NCBI GenBank assembly: GCA_003427395.1
Contig: BFEA01000034.1
Span: 575,546 to 633,165, forward strand
Source: Chara braunii
Lineage: Eukaryota; Plantae; Charophyceae
Length of the DNA: 57,620 bases
Reading direction: 5' to 3'
This document shows, piece after piece, positions 1 to 11,604 of this stretch. Under the pieces are notes generated by a model, which saw only the letters and a list, made by a program, of their open reading frames with translations, was not told the origin of the DNA and did no database searches. How positions within the stretch are numbered: the stretch's first letter is position 1; every line of letters starts with the position of its first letter. A program made the translations under genes and the position numbers.

Positions 1-62
1 GGAGGTGGTCCACCCTCTGCCTGCACACGCCCATCCCCTCGACCCTTGAATGTCCCCGTGCA

Positions 63-244
63 CGACTGAGGGCCAGATCCCACTGGCCAAGAGGATTGGA
101 GTAAGTGGCTGAATCTGGACGTGTTCCACACAGAGATGCAGAAAAGGAGTTCAATCACAACTGTTTGCACCTCTCCACAAACATGTCCAGATTCAAAGGC
201 TTATCCCAATCCTCTTTGCCAGTGGAATCTGGCCCTGACAGTCG
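63..244 (+). other. Long imperfect foldback (about 180 nt), pre-miRNA-like or MITE-derived hairpin
   Basis: 63-125 (cgactgagggccagatcccactggccaagaggattggagtaagtggctgaatctggacgtgtt) is the near reverse complement of about 179-244. Inner pairing continues (agagatgca.../...tgcacctct). Confidence 0.8.
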
Positions 245-1020
245 CGGCAACTGTATAATCATTAACCATGTCCGCCACGTTCACAACCTGCACTTCCAAA
301 TACGCATTTTCGAGGGGCAGGCTCGCTCCCACCCGCCCCAAGTCGAGGGAATCCTTGACTCCTCTTCATGCACTCAATTTTTTTTATTTTATTTTTTCCC
401 CAATTCAAAATGGGTTTGATTCCCTAGTCGACCTCAGAGCGGCTAGGGACTAGAACCGACGAGCCTCTTTTCCTACAGAATACACGGATTTCGTGGACAA
501 TGGGAACACTGGATGTTATGACTGATGGCGTTTCTTTTTTCGTAAGAAACCTGCACCCTGCGATCAATACAGATCATCGGTTTCAGATGATGTCGCACAA
601 ACAAAGGCGATAGAATACCTGACCGAGTGAATCGGCAGTGGGACTTGGCCCCGAGGACCTCAACATTACTCCAGGATGCAAATTGCTGGAAGCATCATCC
701 AGCTTAGCTTACAGGCTATGCCTGCGGGTTTCTTCCAACCCAACAGCTCTGAGGCTGCAAATACTAAGTTTACTGCTACTGTTCCTAAAGCTACCACTAG
801 AACCTACTAGAGAACTACTTCTACGTCTACCTCTACATGTATGTCTACTTCTGCTCCTACACTAACTGTCTAAAATAAATATAGTACAGACGCCTCATAA
901 CTGTACTGACCTAGTTCCGACCAGTGGACCTGTACTTCCAAGAGGCTACCAGGTTTCTATTTCTACTTACATGCCTAAAAGGAAAGGCCCTAAGTTACAG
1001 CAATGGAAGCCTTAGAATTA

Positions 1021-2960
1021 GTGTAAAGGGATAATCAAGATGTGGCCATTCTTCTTCTCGACTTGGAAAAAGCCTATGATCGGGTGAACTGGGCTTACGT
1101 GCTCACAACGCTTAAACACCTGGGTTTTGGACCTAACTTTAGAAGTTGGGTTGCCGCTATGTACGGGCCTTCCAAAGCTCCAGTTATGATTAACGATCAA
1201 ATTTATGAGCCTTTCTCTCTTTCTAGATCACTCCGTCAAGGTTGTCCACTTGCCCCTCTTCTCTTTGTCCTACAACTAGAGGTGCTTCTCAACAATGTGA
1301 GAAGTCAGCCAGACACTCAAGGCCTGAAGGTGCAAAACACGAAATGCAAAGTTAAGGCGCTAGCGAATGAACTGTTTGTGATCTCAGAGAACTCCCAGAG
1401 TTCTCTGGAAGGTCTCAAGAACTGCTTGGTAGAGTACTCTCACCAATCGGAGACAACAGTAAACTGGAACAAATCAATTTTCTTTCTGTCTGCTCAGTAC
1501 GCTCCTGCGATGGAATTCGGTATGAAGAGAATCTCAGATGGGTCATCGGAGAGGTATTTGGGGGTACAGGTCACCCTGGGTAACTATAAGGAAACTCAGA
1601 ATGACATACTCCAACAGAAAATTATCCAGCGAATTTCAAGATGGGGACTTGCCCCGCACTTATCACTATTCGGAAGAGCCATGGTCTTAAATGTCGCCTT
1701 ATTTTCACTACTATGGTTTGTAGGAAGAGCCAAACTGCTCAGCAAGCAACTCCTCAAATCAGTGAGGAACGCTGCAACAAGATTTTTATGGAAACCGTTC
1801 GGAAAGTTGGATGGGGGTTTCATTTCGAAAGTCGCATGGGACACAATTTGCCATAGCAGAGAAGAAGGTGGCCTGGAAATGTTGGATCCAGACAAATAGA
1901 ACTTAGCCCTGTTGGCCCAGTGGATCATCAAGGTAATCTCATCAAACCACAATGATCACTGGGTCCTCATGGCGGAAGTTATTATGGTCGAGGAATGGGA
2001 CTTACCTAGAATGGAGGATGTTTGGACTTGCTGCATGCTGGATTCTTACCTACGCCGACATATCCAGTCCCCATTTTGGCATGGTGTACTGTGTGCCTGG
2101 AGACAGGTAAAACCAAAACGATCATCCGAACCAACTTCTAAAGAGGAGGTTTTGAACCAACCTATCTTCGACAATCCCGTCATCAAGGAACTTAGTGACA
2201 TCCCCTTCTCAGTAGGAACATGCTCGGGAGCTTTCGACAGAAGTTGGATACAGCGAGGTGTTCTACGAGTTTCGAATATCTGGGACAAAATTTGCGGCCG
2301 TTGGGTTTTTGCTGTGGAACTCAAAGAAAAGTTAGGAGGGATAAGAGAGGTGGAAGTCAGACTCCAAGGCTTAATTAGAGCCATCCCAGCGGATTGGAAA
2401 CAGAGGCCGGACTCCACAACCACAGACCAGGTGGGTTCTTGGTACATTTCGCAGGACTCAGAGGAGGAGAACTTATACTGGAAACTGGTCGGTAAGGATG
2501 TAGATGGCACTAGATCATTCCAGCAGTGGGAACAACTCAGCCAATCAAGCTCAGAACTGTTCGAAGTAGAAAAGGAGGACGGCGAGTCGACCGGCGAAAG
2601 CAATCCACAACCATTGGGTCAGCTCACAGCCTCACAGAAGTGAGAGTGAGAGAATCCTGTGACGAGGATGACTCCACACAGAGCTGGCTGTTTGAGTACA
2701 CCACTCAAAGAGGTTAGAGAGAACTGCAAGTGGCCTCCCATCCGGTGATAACTGCAACACAGCGTTGGACCCAGGTAGTAGAAAAGGAGTCAGAGGAACT
2801 AGTGAAGATTCTTCCGATTCTGTGGGAGGTGATCCTGCAAACTCGGTCTAGATATCCACAGGAGGATGGCAGTAGTTGGAAGGTTTGGTGTTTTGGAAGG
2901 AGTGTGACAGTTAGGAGGAGTTGGGTTAGACTGCAGGGCCTGCTTTTAGGGCCTTTCCTT
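1021..2960 (+). pseudogene. 5'-truncated L1/Tx1-type LINE ORF2 (C-terminal reverse transcriptase and downstream region), inactivated
   Basis: ORF 1042-1899 has the non-LTR RT motifs LLDLEKAYDRVNW, SLRQGCPLAPLLF, RYLGV and KVAWDTIC..REEGGL. The catalytic xADD is degenerate (ALANE). There is an in-frame stop at 1897-1899 and the same frame resumes at 1912-2643, then frameshifts. No endonuclease domain upstream. Confidence 0.92.
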
Positions 2961-3025
2961 TTAGTCGGACTTGTTACTAATGAGCAGCATTGATTGCCCT
3001 CACTCGAGGGGATTGACTGCTCAAC

Positions 3026-3210
3026 GAAGCCCTAGTATCATCACCCTGCCCTACGCCACTCATTTACTGCTGCTTGGAACATTCAACATCGTGAGGGGGG
3101 GGGAAGTCACAACAGAGTCTGAGGATTAGCTACTTTACGAAACCCTAGCATCATCGCCCTGCCCCACTCCCATTCAACATCATCAGAGTGGGGGGGGGGG
3201 GGGGGGAAGG
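3026..3210. repeat. Diverged tandem duplication of about 112 bp, each copy ending in a G run
   Basis: gaagccctagtatcatcaccctgccc...cattcaacatc..(G)n recurs as gaaaccctagcatcatcgccctgccc...cattcaacatc..(G)n. Confidence 0.7.
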
Positions 3211-3448
3211 AGGCATAGCAGGGCCCGACTTAATCGATAATCCTAGTTAAACCTAGGCACTGCATCTGTAATCTCGCCAATGCGACACTAATTCACAAAA
3301 AAAACAAGGACCTGGGTCTCATATTCAACAATTTGAACACAACCACAATCCCGCCGAGAGGGCAGTAATTAGACAAGCCCCTCAAATCTAGTGAGCACCC
3401 CGACACTTATGACATCCAAAACAAAAAAGGGAGGTGGCGAGGTAGGGT

Positions 3449-4908
3449 TCAATAGACATCCCATATCCTCCTCACAACAGCCCAAACCGCCGCATAAGCT
3501 TTTCCATCCCCCCCGCTCTCCCATAAGGACAACCCATCCTCTCCTCGCCCGCCGTACCTCCCGTCACTGCTACACCCAATCAGTGCCATCCTATTTTGTG
3601 CGGAAGGCCCAACCGGTAACCCTCGTCCGCCCTGCGGGCCCAACACAATTTCGAAGGAACGCAAAAAAAGCCCACACCCAGGGGGGATTAGAGGACACAG
3701 AGTCGTACTTACCGTGGTCACGAGTGATGTGGTAGGAGTTACAGACCTTTTAGACGTCGTAGTCATTATTGGCAAAACCTTCCATGTAGTTGATTTGTTT
3801 GTCACATTAGCCATTGTTGTTCACATTGATGTTGTAGATGTCAACGCCGTAAGTGTCGTCGAAGCTGTTGAGATCGTTGTTGTTGTTGTGTGATGCATTA
3901 ATATGGTATAAGATGTCGTCGTCGTAGGCGCTGTTGTTGATGCAGTTATTGTTGCTTTTGTACCATGTGACATCGCCATGATGGGCAACGGAGCAGCTGT
4001 CGATATCGTGTTCGATGCTATTGTTGTTGTTGATGATGTTTTCCTTGTTGGTAACACAAACTCCCCTGAATAAGTGGTGACAAGATTGGAGACATCAGCC
4101 TCCTTCCACGCTTTAGTCGTCAACCTGTCTTTCAACGCAACGTAGTAATCTACCCCCTGCTCATCAATCATGTTGCAACTAATGATCAGAGCTTTAACCC
4201 GCTGCCAATCAACGAAAACCTCTAGAGCCGGATCCTCCGTGATCTGCCAAAGAATGGTTTCAAGTTGTTGAAACTTATCCTCGAGCCATGCAGCCAGTGC
4301 AGATCCCCCCCAATCCACCACCGGCCAGGCCTGGGCAACGGAGGACAGAACTCTGGCAATCTGCCGCATGCGTCGTTGTGTATCTTCCAGTTCGGAGAAC
4401 CACCCATCTACCTGGCGTTAGAGATCCTTTGGTGAGGCCATCACCTCCAGAATCGTCACGTGTGATAGTCCCTGCGCAAGAACGCCTTCTCCACGCTGAC
4501 CACGAGATGCCACCATCTCGCCCACACCTTCACCTGCCTCGTCGGTCAATCCCAATCGACCCATCACTGGTTGACCCACTAGCAACCTCCGGTGATGACG
4601 TCAATGCCTTCTGTCCTCCTCGGTAACTCTGAGGCGTTGGGTCTCAAGACCGTCGGGCCGGCCAACCGATTCGTTCCCCACGCGCTCACGCAAATGATCC
4701 ACCTATTTCTCCTTCCAAAGTGGTGCTTGGTATGGTGCTTGGAATGGTTCTTGGTATGTCTGGCTCCCTTGCTGGACTCAGTTTGGCGCTGTCGCGGCAA
4801 ATACCCTTGCCGTTGTTTTTGCAGGTCGCACAGGGTGTGTCCTGGCATTGGCGTGTCTACTTTTATCTTTACTCTTGTCTGCGCGCGTGCCTCAACAACA
4901 CTAGCCAA
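3449..4908 (-). pseudogene. Broken ORF of unknown product, probably transposon-derived, with a Thr-rich tract
   Basis: Consecutive minus-strand ORF pieces at 4579-4908, 3821-4369 (globular-looking segment then Thr/Ser low complexity) and 3449-3814. No recognised domain. Confidence 0.35.
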
Positions 4909-5558
4909 AGCAGAGACCGAAGGTGAGTAAAGTGTGTGTTAGTGTGAGCGCGCATTGTTGCACCGCATAGTAGGTAGTCAGATAGTTGTCGACCTTGGCA
5001 ATCAACGAGTTAGTCCCTGAGCTCACGCGACATGTGTGAACGCAATGACTTCAATTGGTTAGGTTTGTCGCACACATGGGGCACACATGCATTAGTATTC
5101 GAGTTGGCCTCCGCCACGACGTGTTGCCGTGACTTGTGGCTTGGTTTAGTCTTGGTTGTTGAGCCAAGATGTGTGTAGCTTATGGGCACGAAACTGGCCG
5201 TTATTGGATGTCTTGGTCTGCAGCGCTTTGGTCAACCATACCGAGCGAGCATGCGATCGGTACGCACTTTGTGTAAGTGGAATGTGGCTATGTCGAGCGC
5301 ATCGGTCCCGCATTGGGACCCTCCCGGCCGCATCATGCAAGATTTTGCAGGACTTCATCATAGAGCGTTGCCGCTCCGGCCAAGTGCGTCAGCCATACCT
5401 CTTGCGAACCCCTACGACAAGATAGGGTCACCCGAGGTACAACTTACCGTATGCAATCGCAGAGGTGGCTGGGCCAAGGGCGTTTCTCGTTCGTTGTAGC
5501 ATTAGGGTACGCGCAGTTAACGCCCAAATCGGACCCGTGCGAGAATCGTCGCCTGAGG

Positions 5559-6342
5559 CTATGAATCCCCCCCGGCGGCGGACAGGCGCGGCCAAGTCCG
5601 CGGCCGCGGCCAGTCCGCGAAGCCCGCGGACGTGTCCGCGCGGATTCGCGGACACGTGGCGGCCGCAGGGGAGGGGGGCTCACAAATCTGGCGGCGCATC
5701 CCCTGCCCCACCCCCCCNNNNNNNNNNNNNNNNNNNNNNNNNNNNNNNNNNNNNNNNNNNNNNNNNNNNNNNNNNNNNNNNNNNNNNNNNNNNNNNNNNN
5801 NNNNNNNNNNNNNNNNNNNNNNNNNNNNNNNNNNNNNNNNNNNNNNNNNNNNNNNNNNNNNNNNNNNNNNNNNNNNNNNNNNNNNNNNNNNNNNNNNNNN
5901 NNNNNNNNNNNNNNNNNNNNNNNNNNNNNNNNNNNNNNNNNNNNNNNNNNNNNNNNNNNNNNNNNNNNNNNNNNNNNNNNNNNNNNNNNNNNNNNNNNNN
6001 NNNNNNNNNNNNNNNNNNNNNNNNNNNNNNNNNNNNNNNNNNNNNNNNNNNNNNNNNNNNNNNNNNNNNNNNNNNNNNNNNNNNNNNNNNNNNNNNNNNN
6101 NNNNNNNNNNNNNNNNNNNNNNNNNNNNNNNNNNNNNNNNNNNNNNNNNNNNNNNNNNNNNNNNNNNNNNNNNNNNNNNNNNNNNNNNNNNNNNNNNNNN
6201 NNNNNNNNNNNNNNNNNNNNNNNNNNNNNNNNNNNNNNNNNNNNNNNNNNNNNNNNNNNNNNNNNNNNNNNNNNNNNNNNNNNNNNNNNNNNNNNNNNNN
6301 NNNNNNNNNNNNNNNNNNNNNNNNNNNNNNNNNNNNNNNNNN

Positions 6343-6381
<39 letters not shown>

Positions 6382-6847
6382 TCAATCAATCAATCAAACC
6401 TTTTTTTTTTCAAGTTTTTTGTTTATTTATTTTTAAAATTTGTATCTTTATTTTTCTAAAACACCTCCTCCCCCTGCAAAAAACAGAAATTCATTTCCAA
6501 AAAATACAGGTGACCTCAGGGACCATATATCTGATGATAAAAAATGACAAAAAAAAAATCCAACTTTTCTTTATATATATATATATATATTTTAAATCAA
6601 ATTTAGTTTTTAATTTTTAAAAAATCCGAAACATAGTCGGATTCAAAAAAAAAAAAAAAACGGGTTGTAGGGCTTAAAATTCCCTACAACCCCATATATG
6701 TTTTTTTTTTTTTAGCCTATTATTTAATTCAGGAAAATTCTGTTAAAATCGGGTCCGCGGCGCGGACCAAGTAGGCCGCGGATGCGGACCCGACTGCGTC
6801 CGCCATCCGAGATTGGACCTGCGGACGCGTCCGCGAGTGTTACATAG
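5559..6847. mobile_element. Non-autonomous hAT-type DNA transposon spanning an assembly gap
   Basis: Perfect 8-bp direct repeat GCCTGAGG at 5551-5558 and 6848-6855. Termini are CTATG...CATAG. Dense GCGGAC/CCGCG subterminal repeats occur at both ends, with an AT-rich interior. An 8-bp TSD is characteristic of hAT elements. Confidence 0.8.
6343..6397. repeat. (ATCA)n microsatellite at a gap edge
   Basis: Directly visible. Confidence 0.95.
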
Positions 6848-8684
6848 GCCTGAGGTGCTGATTTCTCAAACGCAACCATACACCGGTCGACTAGTAGGAC
6901 GCTCGAATTTAACCGCGCAGTACGTCTTGTGATAATAAGATCAAACTTCATACGTAAACTATGCTTAGTCCCTTTTTTCCCTATCGGACCCATAACTTTC
7001 ACAAAAAGGATCGGACGAGTATCACACGCGAAACACCGGATAAATATCACAACGACACTGGTCTTAGTCATTATCGACTAGCCATGCATGAACACACAAG
7101 TAGTTGCAGTGATGACGTACTATGCAGTACATATAATCACGTGGCCCTCGGTGGTCTCGAGGGTCACTTTCGACACTCAAGTGTCGGCTGACACGGGCCT
7201 TAAGGGATTAATCTCTCAACGCTTGATAGTCCTACCCTCTTCTGCAACCCGCGGAGAGTGGGTGGTAGACGAGCTCTGACCCTTTGTCACGACCAAATGC
7301 TTATGGCCCCGAAGATGAGCTCCATCATTGGAGGCCTGAGAGCAGGTCAGGGGGTTTGACTTTGACGGTCGTCACAGACTTCAATGTCCAACTATAAAAA
7401 TACTTGAAAAGTAAAGGATATGAAGGAATATTTTTTTTTTCTCTATACCCAACTTATTTAATCACTACGCACGATCTCAATGGGTCGTGCGAACACAAAA
7501 AACAAAATATAAAAGGTTATGAGATACGAGACGATCCCTCTCACAATCACGGTCCGACTTCCTTCAAAGATATACATATGATCACAGACAAAATCAAATC
7601 TGGATTTCAACTCACAAAACATACGATCACATCAAAGACGCAACATCAATAAATCACACACTACACAAGTTCAACTTCAACCACTCGCTGCACTCACACC
7701 TCTTTACCTTATCCACACAAAACCTCAACCTTTGTCCAACCTTCCATAATAAAACACTCAAACATTTTTAAATGACCATTTAATAAAAGTCCGAGTAAAA
7801 AAATATCAAAGAAACATTTTAGTCCACAGGAGCTAATACCTTAAGTTGAGTAGCGAGAATGAGTTAGAGTTGAGTTGGAAACCGACTTATTATCAAATGA
7901 TAATAGAAGAATGATCCTCTGTAGGATCAGGCCGAACGAATCAAGCCTTCAATCGAATACGTACACCTACATCACGGTACAGACAAAAAAAATATAAAAT
8001 ATTATTTAAGATAGATGGAGAGCAAGCTTCACCCCATAGCTTACCTCCTTTACTAATTTCCACCTTACCTCTCTCAACAGTTAACGATAACTTTGGCAAC
8101 ATCTCCCCTAAATAGAGTAGAGCGTCAAATTTCTCCTAGCAAAAAATAATATAACTCTCTAAATCTCACAAAATTTCGGCAACGCTTCCCGTAGGAAAAG
8201 TGTCTTCTGATAATTTTCATGAGCCAAAAAATGACTTACTCTTTTAAGATTTGTAGGAATTTCGGCAGCGCTTTCCGTAGGAAAAAGAGGTTGTGAAGAT
8301 TTATACAAAGATGAAAATGCAAAAGCAAAATATAACTATATTTAAGATTAACTTTTGACACTCACTTGACAGTTAGAGCTGAAGATAGTATACACCATCC
8401 TTCCCTGAAGATGGTATCGTGAGCTAACACTAATCCTAACTTCTAGTAAGATCAAGTCTATCTTACCTCAATCTTCCCTCTCATCATTCATCTTATCTGC
8501 CTATAGCTTTAACACTCGGTGACGATCTAATGCGACAAAGCTATCAAAATAATTCCCCAAAGATAATTCCCCCCAAAAACATACACAAGCGAGTGTAATA
8601 ACATATTTCGTTAACCCTCATATTTATTTCCATATCACATAGTTCATTGAAGTGTCTCGTTATTACTCCTTTTACCCTTCCTTA

Positions 8685-9355
8685 CATAAGGCATATGATC
8701 AGACAACCCAACTTATGGGTATGACTAACCTGCCAAGTTATATAACTAGGCCACACCAACGTATGGTGTCAAAGTCTGGTAGACAAGTAAACGTAAGGCA
8801 TATGACTATGTCACACCAACTTATGATGTGACTAGCTTCTGCCTAGACAATAAACATAAAGTGTATGACCAAACTGCACCAACTTATGGTGAGACTGGTC
8901 AATATGAACATTTGACATACACAAATAACTGAGTTGCCTCAATTTATGAGGGGTCCAGCCTTTGCCTAAACAAACGACAAAAGACATATAACTAGAACAC
9001 ACCAACTTATGGTGTGGCAAGTTAGCCCAAGCAGTAACATATAGCGTAGAACCAGGCTATCCAACTCATAGGTAGTCCAGCCTGCTTAAACATACAACAT
9101 GTGCATCTGACCGAACAACCCCCAACTTATGGGTTCGCCCAGTCTCCGGAACACAATTACATTAAACAAGTAAGATCACACTTTCATTCTCTCTTTCGAC
9201 CAATGGTCAGGTCACTCAAACTTATGGAGATCCCCAACCAAGCCTCAGTTACGTTTATAAAAATAGCCAAGTTTTATATTACCTTTTTGCGTATTGTGTT
9301 ATCATGAGCATAAGACCGGACTACCCAACTTATGAATGAGTCCAGCCTGTCCAGG
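8685..9355. repeat. Array of about 10 diverged ~60-bp units, each a stem-loop with a conserved C-AACTTAT-G loop
   Basis: Loops start near 8710, 8758, 8818, 8881, 8941, 9004, 9063, 9124, 9219 and 9327. Stems include accc/gggt, acacc/ggtgt, cacc/ggtg, cctc/gagg and cacacc/ggtgtg. Confidence 0.85.
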
Positions 9356-9499
9356 TTACCCCTCAATTTTATATTGTGAATTTTATTTCTTAGTTAATTT
9401 TAACTTTCTAAACTGTTATCAGTCAAACCCCATGCAATCACTAACACACTTGCCTGGACGATTCTCACAACGAGAAAAGTCTGACTTTGTTAACAAGCA

Positions 9500-9940
9500 A
9501 CTGATTTAGCAAGGCGACTGAATTAGTCGAAACGACTTCACTTCCAGCCTCATTTCAAGTCTTAGGCAAATGAGCAAAGCGACCGGATCATTCGAAAACG
9601 ACTTCACCACCAGCCCTATTTCAAGTCTTAGGCAAACGAGCTAAGCGACCGGATCAGTCGGAAACGGCTTCACTTCTAGCCCCATTTCAAGTCTTAATCA
9701 GACGAGCAGGTCGAAAATGGCTTCACTTCTAGCCCCATTTCAAGTCTTAGGCAAATGAGCAAAGCGACCGGATCAATCGAAAACGACTCTACTTTCAACC
9801 CCATTTCAAGTCTTAAGCAAACAAACAAAGCGACCGGATCAGTAAAAATGACTTCACTTCCAACCCCATTTCAAGTCTTAAGCAAGTGAGCAAAGGGACC
9901 GGATCAGTCGAAAACAACTTTACTTCTAGCCCCATTCATA
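9500..9940. repeat. Minisatellite with a ~66-bp unit, about 6.5 copies
   Basis: The unit acgacttcacttcyagccccatttcaagtcttaggcaaatgagcaaagcgaccggatcagtcgaaa repeats at high identity. Confidence 0.93.
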
Positions 9941-10184
9941 TCATCGCAAGCAACAATTGTGATTTTTACCACATACATATTTCCTCTTTGACTCAATTAA
10001 AATTATGAAAAAGAAATCAAAACATATAAAAAGTCAACACCCAAACATATTAACGCGAAGTTTGTATAAATAGGGGTTTATTTGGATTCTAATGGGATCA
10101 TGTCGGCCTACCTCTGAGTTCCCTGCCTTCAGAGTCCCCCTCGGCTCTGACAAAGTTCCCGCAATCGGTGGGGCAACCTCCCCA

Positions 10185-10833
10185 GAGGACTGTGGGTTGG
10201 ACAGGTAAGTGTATGCACGATGGTATTTCTCCATGGATCTTCTTATTGGTTGATGGTTGTTGGGGATTCGCTTGGTGCCGCGATCTGCCTGCGTCACAGG
10301 TTGGCGGGGTCGAGATCGGGGAGGGGCGGTTGCTCTATGTGATTGGTGAACGGCTCCGATGAAGTCTCCTTGTTCCGGGGCGCAGCTCGGCCGGGAGCGT
10401 TGCGCCCCACTCATGCAATCTAGCCAAGCGGCACTGGGCGGTAACAGCAGTGGAGAGGCGCGAAGACGTGCGGCGCTAGGAAGCGACAAGCGGTAGCGCG
10501 ACGCGGTGACGGGAGAGAGGGTTTGGGGTGGTGGGAGGTGGAGGGAGGGATGGACGGCGACGGGAGTGGTGTATCGCGCGTACAGGGTGGGTTGCTTGGT
10601 TTGCCAGCATCATCAGCGTTAAAAGGAAAGGAGAGAATGATGGATCGAGAGGACTGTGGGTTGGACAGGTAAGTGTATGCACGATGGTATTTCTCCATGG
10701 ATCTTCTTATTGGTTGGTGGTTGTTGGGGATTCGCTTGGTGCCGCGATCTGCCTGCGTCACAGGTTGGCGGGGTCGAGATCGGGGAGGGGCGGTTTCTCT
10801 ATGTGACTGGTGAGCGGCTCTGATGAAGTCTCC
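10185..10833. repeat. Two near-identical ~185-bp direct repeats (10185-10369 and 10649-10833) at the 5' end of the retroposon
   Basis: Direct sequence identity; also visible as duplicated peptides in ORFs 10034-10489 and 10420-10761. Confidence 0.93.
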
Positions 10834-11604
10834 CTGTGCTACGTGTTAGATGCCTCGTGCACCCCGTTTGATGGGTGAGGATGCCGAGGGGTGCGAGGGC
10901 GATGGTTCCCGCGAGGTAGGGGCGACGTCACATGCGAGTGAAGGGGGAGAGGAGGGGAGAGGAGGAAAGGATTCATGGAGGTGCCTGTTCTTCGGTTGTT
11001 TAACATGACATACTCACCTTCGGCTGTTCTCGAGATTGATCTTTTAATCCTATCTTTCTAATAAGTCTAATAATCCCTTCAAAAGAAATCTCTGACGATC
11101 TCAGTTTTTTCTGATGGTGGTTTTTCTGATATAAAAGGTTGACAATGCTTGAAAGTTTTTTCCTAAACTTTGTCTGCCGTGGTTTTTCTACTCGCAGATC
11201 TTGAGTGGTGGTTCTGTATATCCACCGATTGTCTCAGTTTGTGTAATAGATTGTCGTTTTAGATGTCTAGTACTTTCCGATTTGTTGTCTTCGGTTTAAT
11301 AGTATCTTTATGTTCTTAATTGTTTGTCAGTTTACTATTTTCCTTTAGTAATTTCTGATTTATGGTCTGAGTGATTTCTCGAACCTGGGTTCGGGAAATC
11401 AGAGTCGAAAATCCGTGAGGACATCAAAATCAACTTCCTATTTGAAATTTCATAATAAATCAACTCGTATTTTCGACTGCTTTCCTAAATTAGATGCTAC
11501 GATTTCAGGAGCTTCTTCTTCTTTTGATTCTTAATTGTACGTTCTTGATCTCGTTTTCATCTCCTTTTGATTCTTAATTTTTTCTCTTGATCTTGTTTTT
11601 AACA

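Noticed and set aside
5465-6459. Long ORFs spanning N runs (also 32306-33062 and 33723-35219)
   Set aside because: Artefacts of assembly gaps and microsatellites (X runs; SL, ER and TH repeats).
9500-9940. CRISPR array interpretation of this and the other tandem arrays
   Set aside because: The units are homologous along their whole length with no unique spacers, there are no cas genes, and the context is eukaryotic.
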